Below, piece by piece: positions 18,063 through 27,328 of a DNA stretch of 64,000 bases (the stretch's first letter is position 1; every line of letters starts with the position of its first letter). Location of the stretch: positions 3,638 through 67,637 of the forward strand of contig CACGBK010000004.1 of NCBI GenBank assembly GCA_902571385.1, in the 5' to 3' direction. The notes under the pieces are model-generated. The model was not told where the DNA came from, searched no databases, and saw only the letters and a program-made list of their open reading frames with translations. The translations under genes and the position numbers were made by a program. This DNA is from an uncultured Candidatus Actinomarina sp. (GTDB taxonomy: Bacteria; Actinomycetota; Acidimicrobiia; Actinomarinales; Actinomarinaceae).

Positions 18063-18662
18063 ATGAATATTGTTGCAGTGATTGTTTGTTATTTGATTGG
18101 TTCAATCAATTTTGCATACCTTGTTGCAAAATACAAAAAAATCAATATTCAAGAAATAGGTAGTGGTAATCCTGGCTCATCCAATGTTTTACGCGCACTT
18201 GGTAAAAATTATGCAATTGTTGTTTTATTAGGAGATTTATTTAAGGGAGTAGTGCCATTTCTCCTTTTTGGAATACAAACAGAGAGTATTATTTATGGCG
18301 TTATGGCTGTGGTAGGTCATTGTTTTCCCATTTTTTATAAATTTAAAGGTGGAAAAGGAGTTGCTACTTATTTAGGGACTGTTGTAGGTTATATAATTTT
18401 TCTTGCACCAGATTTAGATATCTTATTTTGGCAGTTTTTCTTTATTCTTGGATTTGTTGTGCTTTATTTCGGAATATTTTATATTTTTAGAATTTCTGCA
18501 ATATCTAGTCTGATTACTTGTACAATTGGTGCACTTTATATCATTTCTCAAGAAAGTACAGTGTTAATCACAGCGTCACAGATTCTAATTGTCGTTTTGA
18601 TTTTCTATCAACATCGGGAAAATCTCTCAAGACTATCAAAAGGTGACGAGAATAAATTTTAG
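18063..18662 (+). CDS. plsY: glycerol-3-phosphate acyltransferase PlsY
   Basis: GSINFAYL, the GSGNPGSSNVLR motif, HCFPIFYKFKGGKGVAT, and a multi-TM topology. Confidence 0.9.
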   Translation: MNIVAVIVCYLIGSINFAYLVAKYKKINIQEIGSGNPGSSNVLRALGKNYAIVVLLGDLFKGVVPFLLFGIQTESIIYGVMAVVGHCFPIFYKFKGGKGVATYLGTVVGYIIFLAPDLDILFWQFFFILGFVVLYFGIFYIFRISAISSLITCTIGALYIISQESTVLITASQILIVVLIFYQHRENLSRLSKGDENKF

Positions 18663-18723
18663 ATTTTAAGAATAATAATTTATTTTGTTGTAATATATTT
18701 TTAAGAAGAGTTGAGGCAGGGCT

Positions 18724-19101
18724 ATGAGTTCAACATTAGTTTTAATAGGATTATTATTATCGCTTTCGATGGCGGTTATACTTCCTGAAGTACAAATTTC
18801 AAAAAATCAAAGCAACTACTCCTTTATGATCTCTCGTGAGTATGATTTTATGGTCAATAAGCAAAGAAGAGGTTATTTGGTTCTAGGTTTGATAGCAATT
18901 TCAACTTTTTTCGTATCAATTCAAACCATGTCTGTTCCAATTTTTATAGCTCACCTCGTATTTGATGTTATCTTCGGCGTTTATGCATTTCTCTCGTTTC
19001 AAGTAAGAAGATCTATGCAAATGCAAAACGACCTAAGTCTTGGAAATCAACAAGAAATGAAAAAGGTAGAGGAAGAAAGCTACTTCAAAGAAGCTGTTTA
19101 A
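18724..19101 (+). CDS. hypothetical membrane protein
   Basis: 125 aa with three hydrophobic segments and GAGGCAGGG upstream of the ATG. No recognisable motif. Confidence 0.5.
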   Translation: MSSTLVLIGLLLSLSMAVILPEVQISKNQSNYSFMISREYDFMVNKQRRGYLVLGLIAISTFFVSIQTMSVPIFIAHLVFDVIFGVYAFLSFQVRRSMQMQNDLSLGNQQEMKKVEEESYFKEAV

Positions 19102-19104
19102 AAC

Positions 19105-19722
19105 TTGAAATCACCTGAGCAGATTACAAATAGTCTCGTTAAAGAATTTGATAAATTAAACGAGATTAGAGAACAGTCCTTAAAACTCTCTAGGGAAATA
19201 ATAAAATCTTGTTCTAAATCTATACGAAATGTTCATAGAAATGATTTAGCTGAGGCTAAAACGCATTTAGATGAAGCAAATAATAACTATAAAAAATTAC
19301 AAACTTCACTCAAAGATATTCCTGAGTTACGTTTTGCAGGATATGTAAATGATTCTGAGAGAGAACTAATTGAAGCATTTTTAGTCTATGAGTTTGAAAA
19401 AAATAATATACTTCTCGAATTTTCTACAATGAATGTTTCAGCTTCAAATTATATACAAGGACTTGGCGATGCCATTGGAGAGTGGAGAAGAAAAGTACTT
19501 GATAAATTAAGAAAACTTGAAATTGAAGAAGGGGAGAAGTATTTGGATGTAATGGAGTCCTCAATGGAGATATTTAATGAACTTGATTATCCAGATGCTC
19601 TTACTGGAGGTTTAAGACGCTACGCTGACACAGCAAGAGCGATCATTGAGCGAACTCGCTCAGATCTCACAAATGCTATAGTAAGTGAATCATTACGTAA
19701 GGAATTAAAAAATAACGAATGA
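19105..19722 (+). CDS. translin/TRAX-family protein (all-helical, putative nucleic-acid binding/nuclease)
   Basis: TTG start. Helical pattern EIREQSLKLSREIIK...IRNVH, a SERELIEAF segment resembling the TRAX QEYVEA acidic motif, and YIQGLGDAIGEWRR resembling the translin DYL-G--DL-GEL-R motif. About 205 aa, as in archaeal homologs. Confidence 0.55.
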   Translation: MKSPEQITNSLVKEFDKLNEIREQSLKLSREIIKSCSKSIRNVHRNDLAEAKTHLDEANNNYKKLQTSLKDIPELRFAGYVNDSERELIEAFLVYEFEKNNILLEFSTMNVSASNYIQGLGDAIGEWRRKVLDKLRKLEIEEGEKYLDVMESSMEIFNELDYPDALTGGLRRYADTARAIIERTRSDLTNAIVSESLRKELKNNE

Positions 19723-20222
19723 ACTACAAATACATTACTGGAGACAATTTAGAAATTACAAGTTCGGGGTGGTCTGAAGGCACTGTCTTGCAAGACATAT
19801 ATCCAGACTCATCTTTTGTAAGCGGAGTAGAAAATCCACAAAGCATGAAGATGGTTCCAATTATCAGAGATCAAAAAATATATGCTAAATATACATTTGA
19901 GAAAAGATTCGAGGGAGGACCAGGTCTTGTTCATGGAGGTATATTATCAACTGTCCTAGATGAGATGATGGGGTACTCTACCGTTACCCATAATCTATGG
20001 TGTGTTACTGCCAATCTTGAAGTTAACTATAGATCACCATGTCCAGTGGAAGAAGAGTTTGAGCTAAGTGCCTGGGTTACGAGGATCGAAGATAAAAAGA
20101 TTTATACCGAGTCAACAATATTTTCTGGAGAAAACATACATGTTGAATCTTCGGGATTATTTATAAATTTAGGTCAAGACCGCGCACAGACATTCTTTAT
20201 AGCTGATAAGAACTATCCGTAA
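19719..20222 (+). CDS. PaaI/4HBT-family hotdog-fold thioesterase
   Basis: GGPGLVHGGILSTVLDEMMG motif typical of PaaI-type thioesterases. ATGA overlap with the upstream gene. Confidence 0.8.
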   Translation: MNYKYITGDNLEITSSGWSEGTVLQDIYPDSSFVSGVENPQSMKMVPIIRDQKIYAKYTFEKRFEGGPGLVHGGILSTVLDEMMGYSTVTHNLWCVTANLEVNYRSPCPVEEEFELSAWVTRIEDKKIYTESTIFSGENIHVESSGLFINLGQDRAQTFFIADKNYP

Positions 20223-20223
20223 T

Positions 20224-22065
20224 TTATATCTTCGAAGTCAAAAAGTGGCTTGTTGATTGAATAGTTATCATTGGATTCACTCCAGAACATCTTGGAAATA
20301 CCGACGAATCAACAATATAGACATTATCTAATCCATGAACTTTTCCATTTAAGTCTGTGACACCTAAATTTGGATCAGGGTTCATTCTTGCTGTACCCAT
20401 TTGATGTGCTGATCCAAGTAGCATTCGGAAAGGTTGATTTTTAATAGCTTTCACCTTATTCAAGAATTCTTCAATATCTTCATTTGATGATCTTTTCCAA
20501 TGCATTGTTGGTGAAGTTGCAACCATAATCTCTTCTGCACCCGCTAAATAATTTGCTCTGACAAGGCTCTCCATTCCATGCATCAAATTATTATGATCAA
20601 AATCGTTTAAATTGTAGTCCCATAAGTGTTGAGGGTTTTTATTAATTATCGAACCAGAACTTGTATCTGAGGTAAGAACAATTCCTCCAGACCAATACTT
20701 ATAACTTTCAACAAAATCCTCAAATTTATCGTTATTGTTTGGAAAAAACGGAAAGAAAAGACTTGGATGCATTGGCAACCCTTCCAAAAGGTATCCATAA
20801 TTGTCTTTCCTAAACAAATTGTCATCTGAATAGATTCCCTGCATTGTTCCTGCCCATGGTTTTTGTTCTTCTGAGAATTTACCTGCAACACCTGAAACAG
20901 GATGAAGTTTTAAATTGTGACCAAGTTGTTTATTTTTATATCCACTATCAAGAAGAATTTTAGGAGTGTTTAGGGAACCAGCTGCAAGTATGACTTTATC
21001 AACCGACACTTTATGTACTGTGCCATTATTTTCAACATTAATGTGTGTTGCTTTTCCATTTGTTATATCAAGGCTTTTGATATTGGTATCACTGTATACA
21101 TTTTCAGGTTTAAATTTATCTTCTGAGAACCAAATTTTATTTGTCGAGTTGATGCTTTCGTCATAACGACCAAATGTACTAAAACCAGATTCTGTACAAT
21201 CTGCATTACTTGTATTCCTTGGAATAATCTTATAACTTAAATCATTGAGCTCTATTCCCTCTGCCAATTTAACTTCTTTTTGTGGTACTCGATTATTTTC
21301 TACATCAACGTTTAATTCTTTGCATATATAGTCCATACTGCTCTTAAACTGACTCGAGTTGAAATAGTTATTTTGTCCTGTAAGGGAATCCCATTCATCT
21401 AGTATCTTGTCTGGAGTTCTTAAAGAAGTTGTCCAATTTACACTAGTTCCTCCTCCAATTCCCATCCCAGCTAAAAGCAAGACTTTATATCCTCTAGTTT
21501 GTTGAATTCCATTCGTGTCATAAAAGTTGTGATACCCAAATGTTTCATTATTTGTCTCACCGTTTCCATAGCTACCTTTTTCGAATATACCTACTTCATA
21601 TTTTTCTTGGAGTATATTAGCTGCGACACCTCCACCTGAGCCACTACCAATTACTGCTACTTCTATACTTTTTGGAATAGATACGTCTTTTTTATTAATT
21701 GTTGTATTTTTATAGATTGGGTAATCAAGGTATTTATATACTGAACCCTCACCATCAAGAGATCTTGCAGTACTTAAACCAAATAATGCAGTGATTCCAG
21801 AACCTAGCTTTCTTAATATTGATAAATTAGAACTTTGTAAATTTTTTACAAATTCTGGAATATTTGAGTCCTTTATGAAAAGCTTTCTTAATCCAAAAGA
21901 AAATATAAAGAAGAAGCCTTTCAATTGAATAATTTCAGATCTGTCTGGAAAATTTTCAATGATAAAATCAAAATACTTTTTTGAGTTTTTTATCTCTTCC
22001 TGGTCAAAATTTGGATACAAACTAGAAAATATTGTATTAAACGATTTATCTATTCTTTTCCCCAC
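20224..22065 (-). CDS. GMC-family FAD oxidoreductase with N-terminal extension (long-chain alcohol oxidase-like)
   Basis: Rossmann motif VIGSGSGGGVAA at about residue 140 and a C-terminal GMC signature (GTARMNPDPNLGVTDLNGKVHGLDNVYIVDSSVFP). About 130 extra N-terminal residues. Confidence 0.8.
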   Translation of the reverse strand: MGKRIDKSFNTIFSSLYPNFDQEEIKNSKKYFDFIIENFPDRSEIIQLKGFFFIFSFGLRKLFIKDSNIPEFVKNLQSSNLSILRKLGSGITALFGLSTARSLDGEGSVYKYLDYPIYKNTTINKKDVSIPKSIEVAVIGSGSGGGVAANILQEKYEVGIFEKGSYGNGETNNETFGYHNFYDTNGIQQTRGYKVLLLAGMGIGGGTSVNWTTSLRTPDKILDEWDSLTGQNNYFNSSQFKSSMDYICKELNVDVENNRVPQKEVKLAEGIELNDLSYKIIPRNTSNADCTESGFSTFGRYDESINSTNKIWFSEDKFKPENVYSDTNIKSLDITNGKATHINVENNGTVHKVSVDKVILAAGSLNTPKILLDSGYKNKQLGHNLKLHPVSGVAGKFSEEQKPWAGTMQGIYSDDNLFRKDNYGYLLEGLPMHPSLFFPFFPNNNDKFEDFVESYKYWSGGIVLTSDTSSGSIINKNPQHLWDYNLNDFDHNNLMHGMESLVRANYLAGAEEIMVATSPTMHWKRSSNEDIEEFLNKVKAIKNQPFRMLLGSAHQMGTARMNPDPNLGVTDLNGKVHGLDNVYIVDSSVFPRCSGVNPMITIQSTSHFLTSKI

Positions 22066-22123
22066 CTTACAATTTTACACTCTCAATTATGGATATGACA
22101 CATAAACTGTACTGTTATATTTC

Positions 22124-22549
22124 ATGAATCTGTCAAAGTTAAACTTTAAAAAAATAATTTATATGATTTTAGGAATTATAAGTTTTTCCCTGGGTGCAAT
22201 TGGAATTATCATACCTGGCCTACCTACAACACCTTTTATGATCCTCTCATCAATACTTTTTTTACGATCTTCTGACAGGATGTACAAATGGTTAATCAAC
22301 CATCCAAGATTTGGTAAGTATGTACTTGATTTTAAAAAAGGTAAAGGAATAACTTTCAAAACAAAGATTTATGCACAAACAATGATGTTAGTTACCGTAA
22401 CACTCTCCCTTATTCCTATCTCACCAATGTTTATAGATAATCCAGCTATTCGAATTGTATTGTTTGCTTCTGGGATTTTTAGTTTTTGGTTGGTTGGTTT
22501 TAAAATTCCAACAAATAAGTCACATGTGAATGAACCTAATAAAAAATAA
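22124..22549 (+). CDS. DUF454 (YbaN-like) inner membrane protein
   Basis: PGLPTTPFMILSSILFLRSSDRMYKWLINHPRFG motif characteristic of YbaN/DUF454. Confidence 0.8.
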   Translation: MNLSKLNFKKIIYMILGIISFSLGAIGIIIPGLPTTPFMILSSILFLRSSDRMYKWLINHPRFGKYVLDFKKGKGITFKTKIYAQTMMLVTVTLSLIPISPMFIDNPAIRIVLFASGIFSFWLVGFKIPTNKSHVNEPNKK

Positions 22550-23432
22550 AAAGATTTTCATCTTTCTTTTTGTAATCGTTTTTCTATATTTTTTTCTATC
22601 ATTTTTTGTGGCTTTTTCAGCATTTAGTATTGGAGATGAAGTCTATGAATCAACACCTGAAAGTCTTGGTTTAATTTATGAGGAGAATGATATCTTGACT
22701 TCTCAAAGCTCACTTTCTACGTGGTGGATACCAAATAATTCTGATATCACAATAATTATGTTGCATGGGCTGAGAAGTCAAAAAGCTGATCAGGAAATAT
22801 TGGATAAAATCGCAGAGTTTAACAATCTTGGTTATTCAATTATTGCAGTTGATTTCCGTAATCATGGAAAATCTGGGGAAGGTGATTTTACTTTTGGAGT
22901 AGACGAAGTAAATGACGTATTTAATACGATTGCATATTACAGAGATGCCAAAGATTTAACTAGGTTTGGCATTTGGGGGTTTAGTTATGGCGCAACAACT
23001 GCATTACTTACAGGATTAGATTTTGATCAGCAGAACTTAGGTGTTGAGATTGTTGGAATCTTTGCAGAAAGTCCCTATATGGACCTTTTAGCTGTTTTTA
23101 CCGACCAAGTTGCTTATAGGACGCCTCTTAATACTGCAATGGCAAATCTGCTTAAACCAGGGACAGTTTTGTTAAGTAATCTCATTTATAATTTTGAATT
23201 TAATTCTGTTCAAGAAAAGTTTGATTCAAGTAGTGGAATAGGGATTCCCACAATTTTAATTTCTTGTGGTAATGACGAAATCATCCCTGAAGGACAAATA
23301 CAAGATTTGAGGGATTTATTGGGTGTAAATTCTTCTATTGAAGATTTTATTGACTGTCGTAACCATGGAGATGCCCTTAAAAGTGATACTGATAAATATA
23401 GGAGTCTATTTTTAAATCTTTTTAAATCTTAA
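22530..23432 (+). CDS. membrane-anchored alpha/beta hydrolase
   Basis: N-terminal TM segment, HG oxyanion-type motif (MLHGLRS), nucleophile elbow GFSYGA, and a late D...H (CGNDE ... NHGD). Confidence 0.75.
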   Translation: MNLIKNKKIFIFLFVIVFLYFFLSFFVAFSAFSIGDEVYESTPESLGLIYEENDILTSQSSLSTWWIPNNSDITIIMLHGLRSQKADQEILDKIAEFNNLGYSIIAVDFRNHGKSGEGDFTFGVDEVNDVFNTIAYYRDAKDLTRFGIWGFSYGATTALLTGLDFDQQNLGVEIVGIFAESPYMDLLAVFTDQVAYRTPLNTAMANLLKPGTVLLSNLIYNFEFNSVQEKFDSSSGIGIPTILISCGNDEIIPEGQIQDLRDLLGVNSSIEDFIDCRNHGDALKSDTDKYRSLFLNLFKS

Positions 23433-23570
23433 CGTAATAATGACTTTTGGCAGTTTTGGCAGTCATAAAGGCCTTTTGAAGCCTTAGATTTGCAATATAA
23501 ATCATAAGCCTGTAAATAAATTCATTTTGAAATACCTAATCTTAAGAAAATTTGAATTATCTTTAGAAGT

Positions 23571-25028
23571 ATGAAACAGGGTATCAAATTTTATAAAACA
23601 TATGATGTAAAAAAAATATCACAGTGTCATGAATCTATTGGTCCAAAAACATTAACACCTAATTCACGATTAGATAGATGGAGTGGTATTAACAACGCAA
23701 TATCTGATTGGCTAATCAATGATGCTAATGATGAGGTTGCAATTAAAGTTGCAGAAGAAAATTTTCAATTTTATGATCCACTTCAAAGAAAAATAATGTC
23801 AGATCTTTTTGAACGATTTAGGACATTAGTACCTAAGCCATTACCTCAAGTAAATATCGATTTTTTTAGACAAGAAGTTATAAAAGAAATTGATGGTGAA
23901 CAAAAAGGTATGTATACGTCATTTCAATATCAGCTTCAGGACGAAGATAATTCAGAATATATAAAACTTAAAGCAGGAGTATCAGATTTAGAAGATATAG
24001 ATAGAGCTATTGTTGCAGATACAAAACTTGATGGAGAAACATTTTTAACTGCTCAATTAATTAAAGATGATTTTGATGAAATAAAAGAACCATCAAATTC
24101 AAAAGAAATTATTGAAAGCTACTTTCAAATAATTAGAGAATTTGAAGAGAATAGAAAAAAAGCAACGCCTGGATTGCATTGTTATATGTGCGATAGACCA
24201 TCGAGATGTGGTCAATATCCTGTGGTGGACGGTCAAGAACCAAAGTCAAACTTTAGAGGGATATTAATAAGCAAATCAAATTTGTTGAATCTTGAAACAT
24301 GTGAACGTTGGACATCATGGCGGGCTCAATACGCAATTCCTAAAGATGTTGAAAATGAATCATTTGAGGCTGAACTTGGTCAAAAATTTCATTCTTACTC
24401 CCAAAAAATGCTTGAGAAAAATAAAAACATTTTTGGAGATAAAGAAATTGAGAGATTGAAAGAGATGCTGGTGGATGAAGAGGAAAAATTTTCAATACAA
24501 ATTCTCAAGAAATATGAAGAATTAATAAATGCTTTGGATAATGAAGTAGAAGATCAAAAGGAATTAGAAATAAAATTATCCGAGTACGGTCTAGGATTTT
24601 CGATTGTAAAAGATGGAATAGTTTCAAATTCAAAAATGGAATTAAGAGATGATAAAGTTGCTGTCACATTTATGGGTCAGGCAGATTTAGTTGGAAGATA
24701 TAAAGGAAAAGGGTTAGTTATTGAGCTCAAAACAGGTCAGGAAAGTAATGATGATCTTACTGAAGCAGAGTTATATGCTTTAGGTGCAAAATTATTGCTG
24801 AAAGAAGACGAAGTGTATGTTTTTCATATTTATACAAATAAAGATGGTGGAAAGTTAAAAAAGAGAAAATTTGGTGAAAGTGAGTTTGATTCTATAATTA
24901 AAAAATTCGAGGACAAGGCACAAAGAGTTGCTAATTGGAATCCTAATGATTCGCTATCACCTTCTTTTAATGTTGGTGATTGGTGTGCTAATTGTGACTA
25001 CCAAACAACATGTACTGAATATAGATAA
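23571..25028 (+). CDS. PD-(D/E)XK nuclease superfamily protein, Cas4/AddB-like with Fe-S cysteine motifs
   Basis: Nuclease core GQADLVG ... VIELKTG ... ELYALG (D, ExK, Q/E-x-x-Y). C-terminal CANCDYQTTC (C-x2-C-x5-C) plus a second identical-spacing triad CYMCDRPSRC mid-protein. Confidence 0.65.
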   Translation: MKQGIKFYKTYDVKKISQCHESIGPKTLTPNSRLDRWSGINNAISDWLINDANDEVAIKVAEENFQFYDPLQRKIMSDLFERFRTLVPKPLPQVNIDFFRQEVIKEIDGEQKGMYTSFQYQLQDEDNSEYIKLKAGVSDLEDIDRAIVADTKLDGETFLTAQLIKDDFDEIKEPSNSKEIIESYFQIIREFEENRKKATPGLHCYMCDRPSRCGQYPVVDGQEPKSNFRGILISKSNLLNLETCERWTSWRAQYAIPKDVENESFEAELGQKFHSYSQKMLEKNKNIFGDKEIERLKEMLVDEEEKFSIQILKKYEELINALDNEVEDQKELEIKLSEYGLGFSIVKDGIVSNSKMELRDDKVAVTFMGQADLVGRYKGKGLVIELKTGQESNDDLTEAELYALGAKLLLKEDEVYVFHIYTNKDGGKLKKRKFGESEFDSIIKKFEDKAQRVANWNPNDSLSPSFNVGDWCANCDYQTTCTEYR

Positions 25029-25063
25029 GGTTTTAGTAAGAACTATATGAGAATATAATTAAA

Positions 25064-27328
25064 ATGATGGATTTATCAGTAACACCAGCAAGTTTAGTTT
25101 CCTCGGTTTATGAAAAGTTAACAGAGAATATAAACAGTTTGAGGGCAAGAAAAGACGCCCCTCTTACACTTGCTGAAAAACTTCTTTTTGGCCATGCAAC
25201 AGACATTTCATCAGTTTCTTTGAATAAAGGTGAAGATTATGGAGATTTTGCACCAGACAGAGTAGCTATGCAAGATGCAACAGCTCAGATGGCTTTATTA
25301 CAGTTCATGCAAGCAGATTTACCTGAAACAGCAGTGCCAACGACTGTGCACTGTGACCATTTAATTCAAGCATATGAGGGTGCAAGTACAGACCTTCAAG
25401 TTGCAAACAAAACACATAAAGAGGTTTTCGATTTTCTAAGAACTGCTTCAGAAAAATATGAAATAGGATTTTGGGGACCGGGAGCTGGAATTATTCACCA
25501 GGTTGTTCTCGAACAATATGCATTTCCTGGAGGAATGATGATTGGTACTGACAGTCATACACCTAATGCTGGTGGATTATCCATGATTGCCATTGGAGTT
25601 GGAGGTGCAGACGCTGTTGATGTCATGGCTGGTATGCCATTCAATACAAAGATTCCAAGTTTGATTGGTGTTAAATTAACAGGATCATTGAGCGGCTGGA
25701 CGTCACCAAAAGATATTATTTTGAAAGTAGCAGAAATTCTTACAGTCAAGGGAGCTACAAATGCAATAGTTGAATACTTTGGCGAAGGAACTCAAACTAT
25801 TTCAACTACTGGTAAAGCAACCATTACAAACATGGGTGCCGAAATTGGTGCAACATGCTCAATCTTTCCATACGATGAAAAGGGTAGTGATTATCTAAAA
25901 GCTACAGGTAGAGAAGAGATAGCTGAATTAGCAAACTCTAGAATGGATTTACTTACTGCTGATGAGGAAGTTTTAAAAAATCCAGAAAACTATTTCAATC
26001 AAGTTATTGAAATTAATCTTGATGAATTAGAGCCACATATTGTTGGACCACATACTCCAGATCTAGCACGCCCAATCTCTGGATTAAAAGAAGATGCAAA
26101 CGCAAACGACTATCCACTTAAGATTTCTAGTGCATTGATTGGATCATGTACAAACTCCTCTTATGAAGATATTGGAAGAGCTGCATTTATTGCTAGAGAA
26201 GCAGCAAAGCATGGTTTAAAAGCAAAAGTTCCTTTAATGGTTACTCCTGGATCTGAACAAACTAGAGCCACGATTGAGCGTGATGGCTATCTTAAAGACT
26301 TAGAGGCAATTGGTGCAACAGTCCTTGCCAACGCATGCGGCCCTTGTATTGGCCAATGGAAAAGAGATGACATAAAAGAAGGGGAGAGTAATTCAATTGT
26401 TTCATCCTTTAATAGAAACTTCCCAGCAAGAAATGATGGAAACGCAGAAACATTATCATTTATCGGATCTCCCGAAACAGTTATTGGACTAGCTCTTGGT
26501 GGAACGCTAGATTTCAACTTTCTTGATGATACATTAACAAGTAAAGATGGTGAAGAGATAACCCTCAACCCACCAATTGCAGATGAATTACCTGATAAAG
26601 GATTTGAAGAGACTTTAGAGGGATTTATTCAACCTACACCAGGTGATGATGTAGAGGTGGTAATTGACCCCGAATCAAATAGATTACAAAGACTAACTCC
26701 TTTTGAAGCACCTAATGAGAGTGAATATTCATCAATGAGTGTATTAATGAAAGCAGAAGGAAAATGTACAACTGATCATATATCACCAGCCGGTAAGTGG
26801 TTGCAATTTCGAGGTCACCTAGAGAATATTTCTCAAAACTTATTTAATGGAGTGAATAATGCTTTCGCAGAAAATGCTGGAGATGGAGTAAATGTTTTGA
26901 CAAAAGAAGTTGATACGTTACCAAATATTGCAAAAAATTATCATGCTGAGAATGTTAGCTGGGTTGCAGTCGGTGATGAAAACTACGGAGAGGGATCTTC
27001 AAGAGAGCATGCAGCAATGGAGCCAAGATTTAGAGGATGCAAAGTAGTTCTGGTAAAAAGCTTTGCAAGGATTCACGAAGCAAACTTAAAAAAACAAGGT
27101 ATCTTGCCTTTAATCTTTGATGATAAAAATGATTATGAAAAAATTGAACAATTCGACAAAATGACAATAAAGAGTCTTAGCGATATAAAAGTAGATACAC
27201 CAATAGAGATTGTCTTAGAGAAAGAAAACGGAGAGCAGGAAACTATTAAAGCCAATCACTCTTTATCTTCAGATCAGATATCCTGGTTTTTTGCTGGTTC
27301 TGCATTAAATTACATCAAATCTAAATAA
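25064..27328 (+). CDS. acn: aconitate hydratase, mitochondrial-type (about 754 aa form)
   Basis: Colinear end to end with my recollection of mammalian mitochondrial aconitase: PLTLAEK, DRVAMQDATAQMALLQF, GTDSHTPNAGGL, GVGGADAVDVMAG, KLTGSLSGWTSPKD, IGSCTNSSYED, ANACGPCIGQW, GEGSSREHAA, SFARIHEANLKKQG, WFFAGSALN. Confidence 0.95.
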   Translation: MMDLSVTPASLVSSVYEKLTENINSLRARKDAPLTLAEKLLFGHATDISSVSLNKGEDYGDFAPDRVAMQDATAQMALLQFMQADLPETAVPTTVHCDHLIQAYEGASTDLQVANKTHKEVFDFLRTASEKYEIGFWGPGAGIIHQVVLEQYAFPGGMMIGTDSHTPNAGGLSMIAIGVGGADAVDVMAGMPFNTKIPSLIGVKLTGSLSGWTSPKDIILKVAEILTVKGATNAIVEYFGEGTQTISTTGKATITNMGAEIGATCSIFPYDEKGSDYLKATGREEIAELANSRMDLLTADEEVLKNPENYFNQVIEINLDELEPHIVGPHTPDLARPISGLKEDANANDYPLKISSALIGSCTNSSYEDIGRAAFIAREAAKHGLKAKVPLMVTPGSEQTRATIERDGYLKDLEAIGATVLANACGPCIGQWKRDDIKEGESNSIVSSFNRNFPARNDGNAETLSFIGSPETVIGLALGGTLDFNFLDDTLTSKDGEEITLNPPIADELPDKGFEETLEGFIQPTPGDDVEVVIDPESNRLQRLTPFEAPNESEYSSMSVLMKAEGKCTTDHISPAGKWLQFRGHLENISQNLFNGVNNAFAENAGDGVNVLTKEVDTLPNIAKNYHAENVSWVAVGDENYGEGSSREHAAMEPRFRGCKVVLVKSFARIHEANLKKQGILPLIFDDKNDYEKIEQFDKMTIKSLSDIKVDTPIEIVLEKENGEQETIKANHSLSSDQISWFFAGSALNYIKSK

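Noticed and set aside
23440-23485. Direct repeat TTTGGCAG-TTTTGGCAG flanked by ATGACT/AGTCAT, followed by the AAGGC-N8-GCCTT hairpin. I considered a sigma-54 (TGGCA-N-TTGC) promoter or a regulatory operator.
   Set aside because: The spacing and sequence do not fit the GG-N10-GC sigma-54 consensus. The structures are most simply weak terminator-like hairpins after the hydrolase gene, and the evidence is insufficient for a specific call.
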